In this document: positions 8,992 to 17,533 of the stretch, in pieces
Layout: each line of letters starts with the position of its first letter
How positions within the stretch are numbered: the stretch's first letter is position 1
Assembly: GCA_036405415.1 (NCBI GenBank)
Contig: DASWXP010000002.1
Span: 208,351 to 272,350, forward strand
Length of the DNA: 64,000 nucleotides
Source: Minisyncoccota bacterium
GTDB lineage: Bacteria; Patescibacteriota; Minisyncoccia; Phycocordibacterales; Phycocordibacteraceae
Direction of reading: 5' to 3'
The notes under the pieces: model-generated
The model's database searches: none
What the model was told of the DNA's origin: nothing
Seen by the model: the letters and a program-made list of their open reading frames with translations, nothing else
Made by a program: the position numbers and the translations under genes

Positions 8992-8992
8992 G

Positions 8993-9694
8993 TTATGGAC
9001 TTAGACGAATACTGTGCCTCTGAATCACGGAACGCAATTTTAATAAGGCAATCCATGCAGTGGGATGGCACTGCCTGATTTTTCCAGGACTAGTACAAAA
9101 GCACTTGCTCATTTCCGTTACCCGCTCTCTTCCCGAAAGAACCGCGCGTATGCGATCCCATTTTTTGTCCTTGCGCAGTTGACGGAGACACACCTGAACG
9201 TCCTCAACAGTTCCATTACCACTAGCGAAGGACTGGAAGACACCAGCTGCGCCATGCGCGTATTCTCCCCACGGCCACTTATGGTATTTGTCGAAATAAG
9301 TCTGCTCGTACAGGAAAGGGACTACGAGCTGATCGAGATACTTTATAAAAGAATAGCCTGTCCTTAGGAATTCTTGTTTCTCGACCGGTCCGCACAAGCA
9401 AGCATTACCACTCGTATAAAAGTGCCGATCTAGGACTTTTTCTATCGTGTCATCTTCCACTGTGAGGATAGGAATATCGTCAGCTTCCTTTCCTGGCTTA
9501 ATACGTATCTTATATGTCGCAGTAAGCACCTCACCTGGCGCAACCTGTCCGGACTGAATTAACCATGTAAAACCTGTCTTTGAATCGTACGCGGCAGTAA
9601 AAGTGAGACTGCCACTCACCTCACTACCGTCGGGACTAACGCTTAAGGTCGGGAGCTTTTCTTTAAGCCACTGCTTCTCACTTTCCGGAATCAT
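8993..9694 (-). CDS. prokaryotic E2 (UBC-fold)-like protein, candidate CBASS Cap2-short/E2-only component
   Basis: 'HFYTSGNACLCGP' resembles the E2 HPN..G.ICL active-site region. The start was set at MIPESEK (9694), overlapping the upstream stop by 17 nt. Confidence 0.4.
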   Translation of the reverse strand: MIPESEKQWLKEKLPTLSVSPDGSEVSGSLTFTAAYDSKTGFTWLIQSGQVAPGEVLTATYKIRIKPGKEADDIPILTVEDDTIEKVLDRHFYTSGNACLCGPVEKQEFLRTGYSFIKYLDQLVVPFLYEQTYFDKYHKWPWGEYAHGAAGVFQSFASGNGTVEDVQVCLRQLRKDKKWDRIRAVLSGRERVTEMSKCFCTSPGKIRQCHPTAWIALLKLRSVIQRHSIRLSP

Positions 9695-10592
9695 AGCCAC
9701 CCCAAGGTCGGTTTGGCGTGAAAGTATTCCCCGCCGTATATGCAACCGATGCTGCTGCCGCAGTGCGTACTGACTTCGAGGTTTCGCCTGTGTCCACAAA
9801 GGCCTCCTGCCAGTCTTCGACCTCATCCGAATCCTTGATTCTCTCAAGAACTACTTCAGCTGCCTGAGAAATAGCTCTCTTATCTGAATCTTCAACCAGC
9901 TGAGAAACAATGTTGTTTGTGTTCGCCGGATCAACAAGCTGCATAGAAGCAAAGTCATCCTTGAAAGACTCCATTACTTTAAGGAATGCCTTTCGAAGAT
10001 CACCCTTACTCTGATAACCAGAGAGAGCTTCTACAACGAACAGTTCCAGTACGAACGTCTTGATCTTCAAGTTATTACGATAAGCCCAGAGCTTGACCAG
10101 TCGAATCATCGGAACGCAGCCACTGTTCACGATATAATCAATATGTACTTTCAGATTCGTTTGCATTCTCTGCTTATCGCCGTTTACCAGATGGATGAAG
10201 ACGTCTTTGGTGTCTGTGATGAAACGTCCTGGAACCACGTCGATGTGGAAGTCGCCGGGAGCATCCGAGCCTTTCAGATCCAAGATACGTTCTGCCGATG
10301 CTTTGTGCGTAAGCAAATACTTCTCAGCAAGACGACTCGCCACGTCTTCGCGAATCTCCTTCAGAGAGCGTTCGTCTGAGCTTGGAAAATAGCAAACGAT
10401 GTCGAGGTCGTACCGATCACAAATCATTGTGCCCTTTCCCCTTGATCCGGCATATTTTATTACTGGATCATCACCAAATTCTTCACGAAGAAACTCGGTC
10501 ACTTCCTTCTTGTGCGCCTGCAAAGCTTCCTCCTGAGAATCCGAGAGATTCTGCGAAGCAAGCAGGTCATCCAAATATTCGTTAGGTGTCAT
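9678..10592 (-). CDS. cGAS/DncV-like nucleotidyltransferase (CD-NTase/SMODS-type Pol-beta NTase)
   Basis: 'IKYAGSRGKGTMICDRYDLDIV' is a GS-x9-DxD Pol-beta NTase motif very close to the CD-NTase 'GSyarGTaik.SDvDl' pattern. A third acidic residue lies in 'HIDVVPG'. The protein is 304 aa. Confidence 0.55.
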   Translation of the reverse strand: MTPNEYLDDLLASQNLSDSQEEALQAHKKEVTEFLREEFGDDPVIKYAGSRGKGTMICDRYDLDIVCYFPSSDERSLKEIREDVASRLAEKYLLTHKASAERILDLKGSDAPGDFHIDVVPGRFITDTKDVFIHLVNGDKQRMQTNLKVHIDYIVNSGCVPMIRLVKLWAYRNNLKIKTFVLELFVVEALSGYQSKGDLRKAFLKVMESFKDDFASMQLVDPANTNNIVSQLVEDSDKRAISQAAEVVLERIKDSDEVEDWQEAFVDTGETSKSVRTAAAASVAYTAGNTFTPNRPWGGYDSGK

Positions 10593-10601
10593 ACGATTCT
10601 T

Positions 10602-11771
10602 TTAGTTAATTGTTAATGCTAATTCGTACCCCTCTTCGATACGGTCATACACATGCAATTGAGGGCTTACATCTTTAAGTAATTCCCGTCCGCAAATTAC
10701 CGCAACAGGTGCAGGAACTGCAGCAAAGAGATGAAGCTTACTTTTTGCTCCGTGTTCGTTTTCAATTGCCCTGAGTGCGGACTGATATGTCCGCTGGAAA
10801 GCGTGCAAGGTCTCCTTGGTGGTCACAATCGAACGTCCTGGCTCTCTATCAACGGGAGCTATTTCATAAATGGTGAATTCAGCATCAATACTATTGGGCA
10901 ATGTGTCCGTCCCTATCTTGCCGCTCAACGATAGGAGTAGGGCGACTTTCTCCCGATCTGTACCCTGCTGAATTTGTTTACACTCAAACTGTACGGGATC
11001 TTCACTGCGCCACCGCCAGCCAGCCGGTTCATCTCTATGGTGCTGATAGAAATCTGACGCAATTTTATCACCCAAAGCGTTACCGAGGTGAACAAGAACT
11101 GGTATCCGGGCAAGAGGAAATACCGAAAGATGTCCGACTTGACGGCGTTCTATAGCGGGAGAAATCTGCCGTTCTACAACTTCATTCACTTTCGCGACAG
11201 CTGCAGTCCAGTAACTACCATCGACTTCCTGAGGCAAGGACTGCAAGTCAATCTCGATTGCTCGGTCATCACCCAGGTAACGAGGGTACCTACCTGCATC
11301 CAGAACAGCAGTTCGCACTTCCTCATTTGAGATAGAGACTGCGTCTCCTCGAATATTACCCATTATTCGAAGAACTACGGTCTCATGCTCGACACCCAAA
11401 CCTGTGAGGTACCTAATACGTGATTCGTGCTCGTGCTTATACTTGAGCAGAAGATCTTTCGGATACTGATCCACCTTATCGATAACTGCATGGCACTTGG
11501 TGCAAAGGAGCATGAGATTTGAAATCTGATTCCTTTCTGCAATTGGCATAGGATCATTACCCCGAGGACCACCCTTTGATCGCGCCACTATATGGGCGAT
11601 ATTAGAAAGCCTTACCTCATTGGTGGTCAGTTCATCTTCAAGCAGATACGCATTACATCCGTGAAATTCGCATCTACCACCTGCACGCGTCCACAGCTCA
11701 AAAACCACCGCGTCAGTGGCCTTAATCTTTGGAGCCTCTGTTGGCTCTGCTGCTGTGGCTGAGGTAGGCAT
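10602..11771 (-). CDS. Cap5-like effector: N-terminal HNH endonuclease + C-terminal ~280-aa sensor (SAVED-like) domain
   Basis: HNH motif: RCEFHGCNAYL...AHIVARSKGGPRGNDPMPIAERNQISNLMLLCTKCHAV. A large C-terminal domain follows with no obvious catalytic motif. Start set at MPTSATAAEP, 1 nt after the upstream stop. Confidence 0.5.
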   Translation of the reverse strand: MPTSATAAEPTEAPKIKATDAVVFELWTRAGGRCEFHGCNAYLLEDELTTNEVRLSNIAHIVARSKGGPRGNDPMPIAERNQISNLMLLCTKCHAVIDKVDQYPKDLLLKYKHEHESRIRYLTGLGVEHETVVLRIMGNIRGDAVSISNEEVRTAVLDAGRYPRYLGDDRAIEIDLQSLPQEVDGSYWTAAVAKVNEVVERQISPAIERRQVGHLSVFPLARIPVLVHLGNALGDKIASDFYQHHRDEPAGWRWRSEDPVQFECKQIQQGTDREKVALLLSLSGKIGTDTLPNSIDAEFTIYEIAPVDREPGRSIVTTKETLHAFQRTYQSALRAIENEHGAKSKLHLFAAVPAPVAVICGRELLKDVSPQLHVYDRIEEGYELALTIN

Positions 11772-11772
11772 A

Positions 11773-11982
11773 CTATTTCTTTCTACGGTTGTATGGCGAC
11801 TGATTTGGCGGCGCAAGCTTAATCTTCTTTTCAGAAGCCTTCGCACGTACTCCTGCTTCAGGCCTACCGAGCTTAAGCCCAATCACGCGCGTTGGCGTAT
11901 TACCCTTTGCGAGCTCTTTGAGCTGCTTCACCTCTTCGGGGTTCCACTTCTTACCTGCATTTTTAATGTACTTCTTCGTCAT
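11773..11982 (-). CDS. small basic protein (69 aa), possible DNA-binding/regulatory component
   Basis: Tightly coupled between the LexA-like and Cap5-like genes; 'WNPEEVKQLKELAKGNTPTRVIGLKLGR' is helix-turn-helix-like. Confidence 0.4.
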   Translation of the reverse strand: MTKKYIKNAGKKWNPEEVKQLKELAKGNTPTRVIGLKLGRPEAGVRAKASEKKIKLAPPNQSPYNRRKK

Positions 11983-11984
11983 AC

Positions 11985-12632
11985 CTAAAATTGATTCTTA
12001 ATAATTCCCACTACTTTCCCGCTCAAGAGGAATTCATCGCCCTCATGAATGAAGATTGGTAGGTATTTCTCCGTTGAATCTGCCTCCAGTACGATGCGGT
12101 TGTGCGCCTTATCCTCGCGGTAACGCTTAATTGTGGCGAGTCCGTCGATCACCGCCACGACAATGTCCCCATTTCGGTATGTCTTCTGTTCGCTATCAAC
12201 CAACACGAAGTCACCACTTTCAATGGTCTTACCTGCTTCCACTTCCGCCTTGTTCATCGAATCGCCGTCAGCAATAAGAGCATAGAGACCCTTCTTGTTG
12301 CGCGGAAGAAGCGAAGAGGAAATCTTGAGATACTGATCCACGTTCTCCTCGGCAAAGATGGCTGCGGGACCGCAGTTCGCTGCACCAACCACAGGCAGAG
12401 AGTAGATTGGGCTCGGACTTGCCTTGCTGTACCCCTTGTTTACGAGACGAATTATCCCCTCTTCCAGATTCATCTGAATTAGTCCCGCCTTCTCAAGCTG
12501 CTGAAGGTGGTACTTGGCGGTCTGGGGCTTTCCTGCCGCGCCAAGCATGTCCGCGATCTTGCGCAGGCTGTAGGAACCGAAGTCCTTGTGGGTCGCAATG
12601 AGGTCTAGAAGCTGCTTTTGTATTCGATGCAT
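11985..12632 (-). CDS. LexA-family repressor (wHTH + S24 peptidase), first gene of the operon
   Basis: N-terminal wHTH, Ala-Ala/Gly cleavage-region analogue 'VVGAANCGPAAIF', Ser nucleophile 'GDSM', and Lys in 'TIKRY'. Confidence 0.8.
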   Translation of the reverse strand: MHRIQKQLLDLIATHKDFGSYSLRKIADMLGAAGKPQTAKYHLQQLEKAGLIQMNLEEGIIRLVNKGYSKASPSPIYSLPVVGAANCGPAAIFAEENVDQYLKISSSLLPRNKKGLYALIADGDSMNKAEVEAGKTIESGDFVLVDSEQKTYRNGDIVVAVIDGLATIKRYREDKAHNRIVLEADSTEKYLPIFIHEGDEFLLSGKVVGIIKNQF

Positions 12633-12654
12633 ACCCCTATTATAGCAAATCTCA

Positions 12655-12705
12655 GAGTAAAATGCAAATATTTATTTGACATTTTACACTCTTAGCAATT
12701 ATACT
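12655..12705. promoter_or_regulatory. divergent promoter region with dyad GAGTAAAATG-N15-CATTTTACACTC overlapping a TTGACA-18-TATACT promoter
   Basis: Inverted repeat 12655-12664 / 12681-12692; plus-strand -35 TTGACA at 12676-12681 and -10 TATACT at 12700-12705. The region is a candidate LexA-like operator between the repressor operon and the ParB-MTase gene. Confidence 0.4.
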
Positions 12706-12756
12706 TGAGACACAGAAAGAGGCATCTAGTTAAAAGCCTGCGATACTAGCTCCCGA

Positions 12757-14091
12757 TTGAGGAGACGTTCCCTTGAAAGAGGCGCGGTTGACCTTACAAC
12801 TAGATGTCACTGCCGTATGCAAAGACTCTCTTGGACTACGGTCCAGAAGCGAGTGAACGACCTCGTTCCCCAAGATGTGAATCCTCGTTCTATAACCGAC
12901 CATCAGATGGCGGATCTTAAGCGCAGTCTTAAGAAGTACAACTTGGTAGAGATTCCAGCCATCGATACCAATGGAAATATTCTCGCAGGTCATCAACGTA
13001 TCAAAGCGCTTCAGCTTCTTGGCCGAGGCGATGAACTAATAGATGTACGCTTCCCTTCTCGGAAGCTCACCGAGCAAGAGTCAAAAGAATATCTCATAGC
13101 CTCCAACAAGCTTGGCGGTGATTGGGACTTTGATCTTCTGAAATCGTTCGACCTAACCACGCTTGAATTCGCGGGCTTCGATGAGATAGAGATCGGAGAG
13201 ATATGGGACAAGGATAAGGAAGTAGCAGACGACGAGTTCGATGTTGAAAATGAGCTGAAACAAATTAAGAAACCCAAGACTAAGCTTGGAGACGTAATCA
13301 CTCTAGGCCACCATAGAATCCTCTGCGGAGACTCGACCAAATCTGAGAACCTTAAGCGGCTCCTGGGCAATCAGAAGGCTTCAATGATTTACTCCGACCC
13401 TGTCTATAATCTCGACATCAATTATGACGGTGGGGTTAGCGGGAATAAGGAGTACGGTGGCAAGGTAAACGATTCTCGCTCCTTCGAGGAATATCGAACC
13501 TTCCTGAGAGACAGTATGGAAGCGGCACTAGCCGTGTCCTCGAAAGATACCCATGTCTTCTACTGGTGCGATCAGGTATATATCGGCGTGGTTCAGGAGA
13601 TCTATAGAACGCTTGGCATAACCAATAAGCGCGTATGTCTCTGGCTTAAGAACAATCACAATCCAGTCCCTAGTGTGGCGTTCAACAAGGTATACGAGCC
13701 AGTAGTGTACGGAGTTCGTGGAAAGCCTTATTTAGCTGACACCATGCAGAATCTGAATGAGGTCATGAACAAGGAGATGAGCTCAGGGAATGACCTACTT
13801 GATGAAGTAGATGTCTGGACTGCAAAGCGTCTTTCAGCGAAAGACTATGAGCACGCCACCTCTAAGCCGCCTCAGCTCCACGAGCGAGCCATTAAGCGCT
13901 GCACGAAGCCAGGAGACATCATCCTTGATAGCTTCCTTGGATCAGGCAGTACGCTTATAGCCGGAGAGTCACTCGGTCGCAAGGTTTACGGCTGCGAGCT
14001 TGAACCGCAGTTCTGTGATCTTATCGTACGTAGGTACGAGAAGATGACAGGTAAGAAAGCAGTGTATGAAAAAGACCAAAGCACTGCTTGA
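12757..14091 (+). CDS. ParB-like nuclease domain fused to N6-adenine/N4-cytosine DNA methyltransferase
   Basis: ParBc motif 'ILAGHQRIKALQLLG', MTase motif IV 'DPVYN' and motif I 'FLGSGST'. The start is ambiguous (12757/12817/12907). Confidence 0.8.
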   Translation: MRRRSLERGAVDLTTRCHCRMQRLSWTTVQKRVNDLVPQDVNPRSITDHQMADLKRSLKKYNLVEIPAIDTNGNILAGHQRIKALQLLGRGDELIDVRFPSRKLTEQESKEYLIASNKLGGDWDFDLLKSFDLTTLEFAGFDEIEIGEIWDKDKEVADDEFDVENELKQIKKPKTKLGDVITLGHHRILCGDSTKSENLKRLLGNQKASMIYSDPVYNLDINYDGGVSGNKEYGGKVNDSRSFEEYRTFLRDSMEAALAVSSKDTHVFYWCDQVYIGVVQEIYRTLGITNKRVCLWLKNNHNPVPSVAFNKVYEPVVYGVRGKPYLADTMQNLNEVMNKEMSSGNDLLDEVDVWTAKRLSAKDYEHATSKPPQLHERAIKRCTKPGDIILDSFLGSGSTLIAGESLGRKVYGCELEPQFCDLIVRRYEKMTGKKAVYEKDQSTA

Positions 14092-14650
14092 TAGGCTTGT
14101 AGAAGAACTCGAGAAAACTCCACTGATCCAAATTGCTTGCGACAAAGTCGGTATTTCCAGAAACACCTTCTATCGCTGGATGAAGGAGGACGAGGACTTT
14201 CTCGCTCGTGTTAATGAAGCCGTATCACTAGGTACGGGTCTTGTTAGTGACGTGGCCATAAGCAACGTACTGGAAGGCATCAAGAAGAAAGATGCCATGT
14301 ATACGAAGTATTGGCTAAGCCACAAACATCCTGACTTCCGGCGACCATATGTTCATAGGATCGATGCAGATGATCTCCTTCTACACTCTCGCCTTCTTGC
14401 TGAAGGAGCTCAGAAACATAAGGTTGAGCAACAGATAGCGAATTCACGCGGGTACATCGATGAAGAGATGTCACGGAGACAGGAAGCAGAAGTCGATGAC
14501 TTTATGGAGAAGTGGGATCACATCGTAGCCAAGGGAGACGAAGAACGCGCCAAAGTCTTATTCGAGAAGTGGAAGAAGGAATACGAGACTCAAGTGCCAG
14601 ACACTCCTCCACCCGACAATAAGAAGCCTCGTAAGAAGAGCTGGCGGTAA
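14066..14650 (+). CDS. HTH protein, phage terminase small-subunit-like
   Basis: 'IACDKVGISRNTFYRWMKEDEDF' is an HTH typical of terminase small subunits; the C-terminus is acidic/basic. Confidence 0.45.
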   Translation: MKKTKALLDRLVEELEKTPLIQIACDKVGISRNTFYRWMKEDEDFLARVNEAVSLGTGLVSDVAISNVLEGIKKKDAMYTKYWLSHKHPDFRRPYVHRIDADDLLLHSRLLAEGAQKHKVEQQIANSRGYIDEEMSRRQEAEVDDFMEKWDHIVAKGDEERAKVLFEKWKKEYETQVPDTPPPDNKKPRKKSWR

Positions 14651-14893
14651 TTACTCTTTCCCTTGATCTGCAAGAAGCTTCTTCCCTACCGGAGAATCGA
14701 CTGGGATCATACCCGTTGATCCACACACTGGACATGCTTTATATCGAGAGGTTGATCGCCATATTGAGTAGATAACTCCCGGAATGATGAAGCAGAGGAA
14801 TAGAACTATCTCTATCAACATACTTCCCTTAATTGCCGTACGAGGACTACCTACGTGTCCGCATGACGCACATATCATTTCTTGCTTAGCCAT
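14651..14893 (-). CDS. small Zn-ribbon membrane protein
   Basis: 80 aa with two CxxC pairs (CASCGH, CPVCGS) flanking one TM helix. Confidence 0.45.
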   Translation of the reverse strand: MAKQEMICASCGHVGSPRTAIKGSMLIEIVLFLCFIIPGVIYSIWRSTSRYKACPVCGSTGMIPVDSPVGKKLLADQGKE

Positions 14894-14901
14894 TTTGTTG
14901 T

Positions 14902-15058
14902 TGGTTCGGTTTTGTAATTCCCGATGGCCAGATACACAAAAATCCCGCCACCAGGAGGACCCTTACGAGTATCCCTACCTAAGTTTCCCTAGGTAACCGA
15001 ACCAACGACCCTGATGACGGGGTTTTTACGTTGGTTCGGATTTTCGACCATATCCTTT
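14902..15058. repeat. three copies of GTTGGTTCGG(T/A)TTT (two direct, one inverted) upstream of the recombinase module
   Basis: Copies at 14902-14916 (+), 14995-15006 (reverse complement) and 15042-15058 (+). Confidence 0.35.
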
Positions 15059-15227
15059 GGAAACCAAAGGGGTTAGGCCATTTTTATTTAATTGTAGGCA
15101 GGTTCCCCTGCCGTCTTCTAATGGTATCGCAGTTCTTAGGGTTTGCTAAGCCTGTCCACGACCATGCGACGAATCCCTAGTTCTGCATAGACTATGCACC
15201 GGCCACCTGTCTGGCATCAATTACTAG

Positions 15228-15530
15228 GTGGAGGACAGGGACAAAATACTAGATAAAGCAGACCATTACCGTTTTACGAAAGAAGCCGACAGTGCCTACC
15301 TGAACCGTATTTCCTTTCTTCCCCACCCTAAGGAAGATCTGAAGCGGGCGATTATTGAACGGATTGAGGAGCTAATAGCCACCTACACCTCCCTGGCCAC
15401 CTACGTCCCTGATGAACTAATTGATTGGCTCAATACCCATCAAAGAACGAATAAAAATCGACGGGTCTACCTGAAAGTATTACGAGACATGGAGAGCCTC
15501 CGAAAGGAGGCTCTTACTAAATTGAAATAG
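15228..15530 (+). CDS. hypothetical protein immediately upstream of the serine recombinase (possible accessory/directionality factor)
   Basis: 100 aa, ending 6 nt before the recombinase ORF. Confidence 0.4.
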   Translation: MEDRDKILDKADHYRFTKEADSAYLNRISFLPHPKEDLKRAIIERIEELIATYTSLATYVPDELIDWLNTHQRTNKNRRVYLKVLRDMESLRKEALTKLK

Positions 15531-15536
15531 CGATAT

Positions 15537-16859
15537 ATGCAAACAGATCAATTTTCAGCCTTAATAGGCCAAGCAAACATACCCATAGCAGTTAAGGTTA
15601 AGTACGTCCTCTATGCCCGTAAATCTACCGAGTCCGACGAGAAGCAAGCACTGTCCATAGATTCTCAAGTGAAGGAGATGATGCAAATAGCCGAACGGGA
15701 GAATCTGGAAATCGTAGATATAAGACGAGAAGCCCATTCAGCCAAAGACTCAGGGCAAAGACCCGTATTCAAAGAAATTCTAGAAGACCTAAGAAGAGAA
15801 CGATTCAATGGAATCCTGGTCTGGCATCCCGACCGTTTAAGCAGAAACGCTGGTGATCTTGGGTCAGTCGTAGATCTAATGGATGAGAGACGGCTAGTCC
15901 AAATACGCACGTATGGACAGACATTTACGAATACACCGAGCGAGAAGTTTCTCCTGATGATTCTGTGTTCCCAAGCAAAACTAGAAAATGACAATAAAAG
16001 TATCAACGTAAAACGAGGACTGAAGACGAGAGTAGAAATGGGACTCTGGCCAGCTCCTGCCCCAACTGGATATCTCAAAGAAAAACGAATGGACCGAAAA
16101 TGCGAGACATTGATAGATCCAGAACGAGGACCGATTATAAAGAAAGTTTTCGAGAAAGTAGCGTATGAGAAGTGGAGTGGCAGGAAGATCTATAACTGGC
16201 TCAAGTTTGATCTGAACTTTAAGACCGCTGCGGGAAACAAGAATCTGAGTCTAAGTAACATTTTCACCATCCTTGAAAATCATTTCTATTACGGAGTATT
16301 TGAATATCCGAAGAACTCGGGAAACTGGTATCAGGGCAAACACGAGCCACTTGTTTCCAAAGAGCTGTTCGATCTAGTTCAGGAGCAGGTTAAGAGCCAG
16401 TTCGTTAGATCGGAGAATAAGGAGTTTGCGTTTACTCGACTAATTACCTGTGGCCTTTGTGGCTCGGGAATAACGGCTGACGAGAAGTTTAAGAAGCAGA
16501 AGAACGGGAATGTTCATCGCCACGTCTACTACGGATGTAACAAGTCAAAAGATAGAGCGTGCAAGAGCGGCTATATAAATGAGCCAGCACTTATAGATCA
16601 ATTCGTGGAACTTATGGATCGAATAGATATTAGCGAGATAGGAGTTAAGGAAAAGATAAAGTCTGAGGTTGAGCGACTGAGGAAATTCCAGCAGTCTTTT
16701 CTGGGCATTAAGAGTAAAACTGAGATCAGGGATATAGATATACGGAACTATGCAAAATACCTTCTGCGCGAAGGAGCTGATACTGAAAAACGAGAATTAC
16801 TCGGATGTTTAAGGAGCAAGATTCTTTTAAAGGAGAAAGTCATTACTTTATCTCCATAA
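15537..16859 (+). CDS. large serine recombinase (resolvase catalytic domain + recombinase domain + Zn ribbon)
   Basis: 'YARKSTESDEKQALSIDSQ' catalytic Ser region, 'VWHPDRLSRN', and a C-terminal 'CGLCGSGITADEK...YYGCN...C' zinc ribbon. Confidence 0.85.
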   Translation: MQTDQFSALIGQANIPIAVKVKYVLYARKSTESDEKQALSIDSQVKEMMQIAERENLEIVDIRREAHSAKDSGQRPVFKEILEDLRRERFNGILVWHPDRLSRNAGDLGSVVDLMDERRLVQIRTYGQTFTNTPSEKFLLMILCSQAKLENDNKSINVKRGLKTRVEMGLWPAPAPTGYLKEKRMDRKCETLIDPERGPIIKKVFEKVAYEKWSGRKIYNWLKFDLNFKTAAGNKNLSLSNIFTILENHFYYGVFEYPKNSGNWYQGKHEPLVSKELFDLVQEQVKSQFVRSENKEFAFTRLITCGLCGSGITADEKFKKQKNGNVHRHVYYGCNKSKDRACKSGYINEPALIDQFVELMDRIDISEIGVKEKIKSEVERLRKFQQSFLGIKSKTEIRDIDIRNYAKYLLREGADTEKRELLGCLRSKILLKEKVITLSP

Positions 16860-16860
16860 C

Positions 16861-16888
16861 AAAAAGAGGCCCATATGGGCCTCTTTTT
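16861..16888. terminator. bidirectional rho-independent terminator AAAAAGAGGCCCATATGGGCCTCTTTTT
   Basis: Perfect 9-bp GC-rich stem flanked by A5/T5, between convergent genes. Confidence 0.7.
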
Positions 16889-16904
16889 GTTAGCTCTATG
16901 CTGT

Positions 16905-17531
16905 CTAGATTAGAATCAATAACAGTCCTGCTAGTGCCGCCATTCCAAAGTCCTCAATGAGAGTAATCTTGGTAAGCGGTACTTTAAGGAACGTACCCAG
17001 ACACGCACACAAGAATTCTTCCTTGCGAGCAATCTTGATAGCGACTCCAAGGCCGCTGAATAGCATAACAAGAAGCTCTACCCAGAGCAGAGCTGGGTTA
17101 TGTATTCCAGCAAGCATGAGGAGACCGAATGCGAGTTCAAGGAATGGATAGATATATCCATATCCCATCCACTTCTGCGCCAATAGGTCATACGTTGAAT
17201 ACCCCTCAGCGAATCCCTTTAGATCTAGGAGCTTGAAGCCTGCAAAGACGATAAAGAATCCTGCCATGAAGTACCCGATGGTACTGGTGAGCGCAAAGGT
17301 ATCGTTGTAGTAGTCAGCTAGAGATACGGCAATGGTTGATGCCGTCAGGAGGCTGAAGATAACGATAAGCGGTATATAACTCTTCCAAGTTATTGGACCC
17401 AGTCCTCGATCTTCCATTACATGCTTGGGCGTTGCTTTTTCGCTACCTTCAGGCACGAGAACCATCCCACACTTAGGACACTTACCAGGACCTTCCTGGC
17501 GAATCTCTGGATGCATCGGACAGATATACAT
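16905..17531 (-). CDS. heavy-metal-binding domain (CPMHPE...CPKCGM) fused to DoxX/MauE-like membrane domain
   Basis: N-terminal 'YICPMHPEIRQEGPGKCPKCGM' is a Cu/metal-binding HMBD-type motif. The remainder is 4-TM DoxX-like. Confidence 0.55.
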   Translation of the reverse strand: MYICPMHPEIRQEGPGKCPKCGMVLVPEGSEKATPKHVMEDRGLGPITWKSYIPLIVIFSLLTASTIAVSLADYYNDTFALTSTIGYFMAGFFIVFAGFKLLDLKGFAEGYSTYDLLAQKWMGYGYIYPFLELAFGLLMLAGIHNPALLWVELLVMLFSGLGVAIKIARKEEFLCACLGTFLKVPLTKITLIEDFGMAALAGLLLILI

Positions 17532-17533
17532 AC

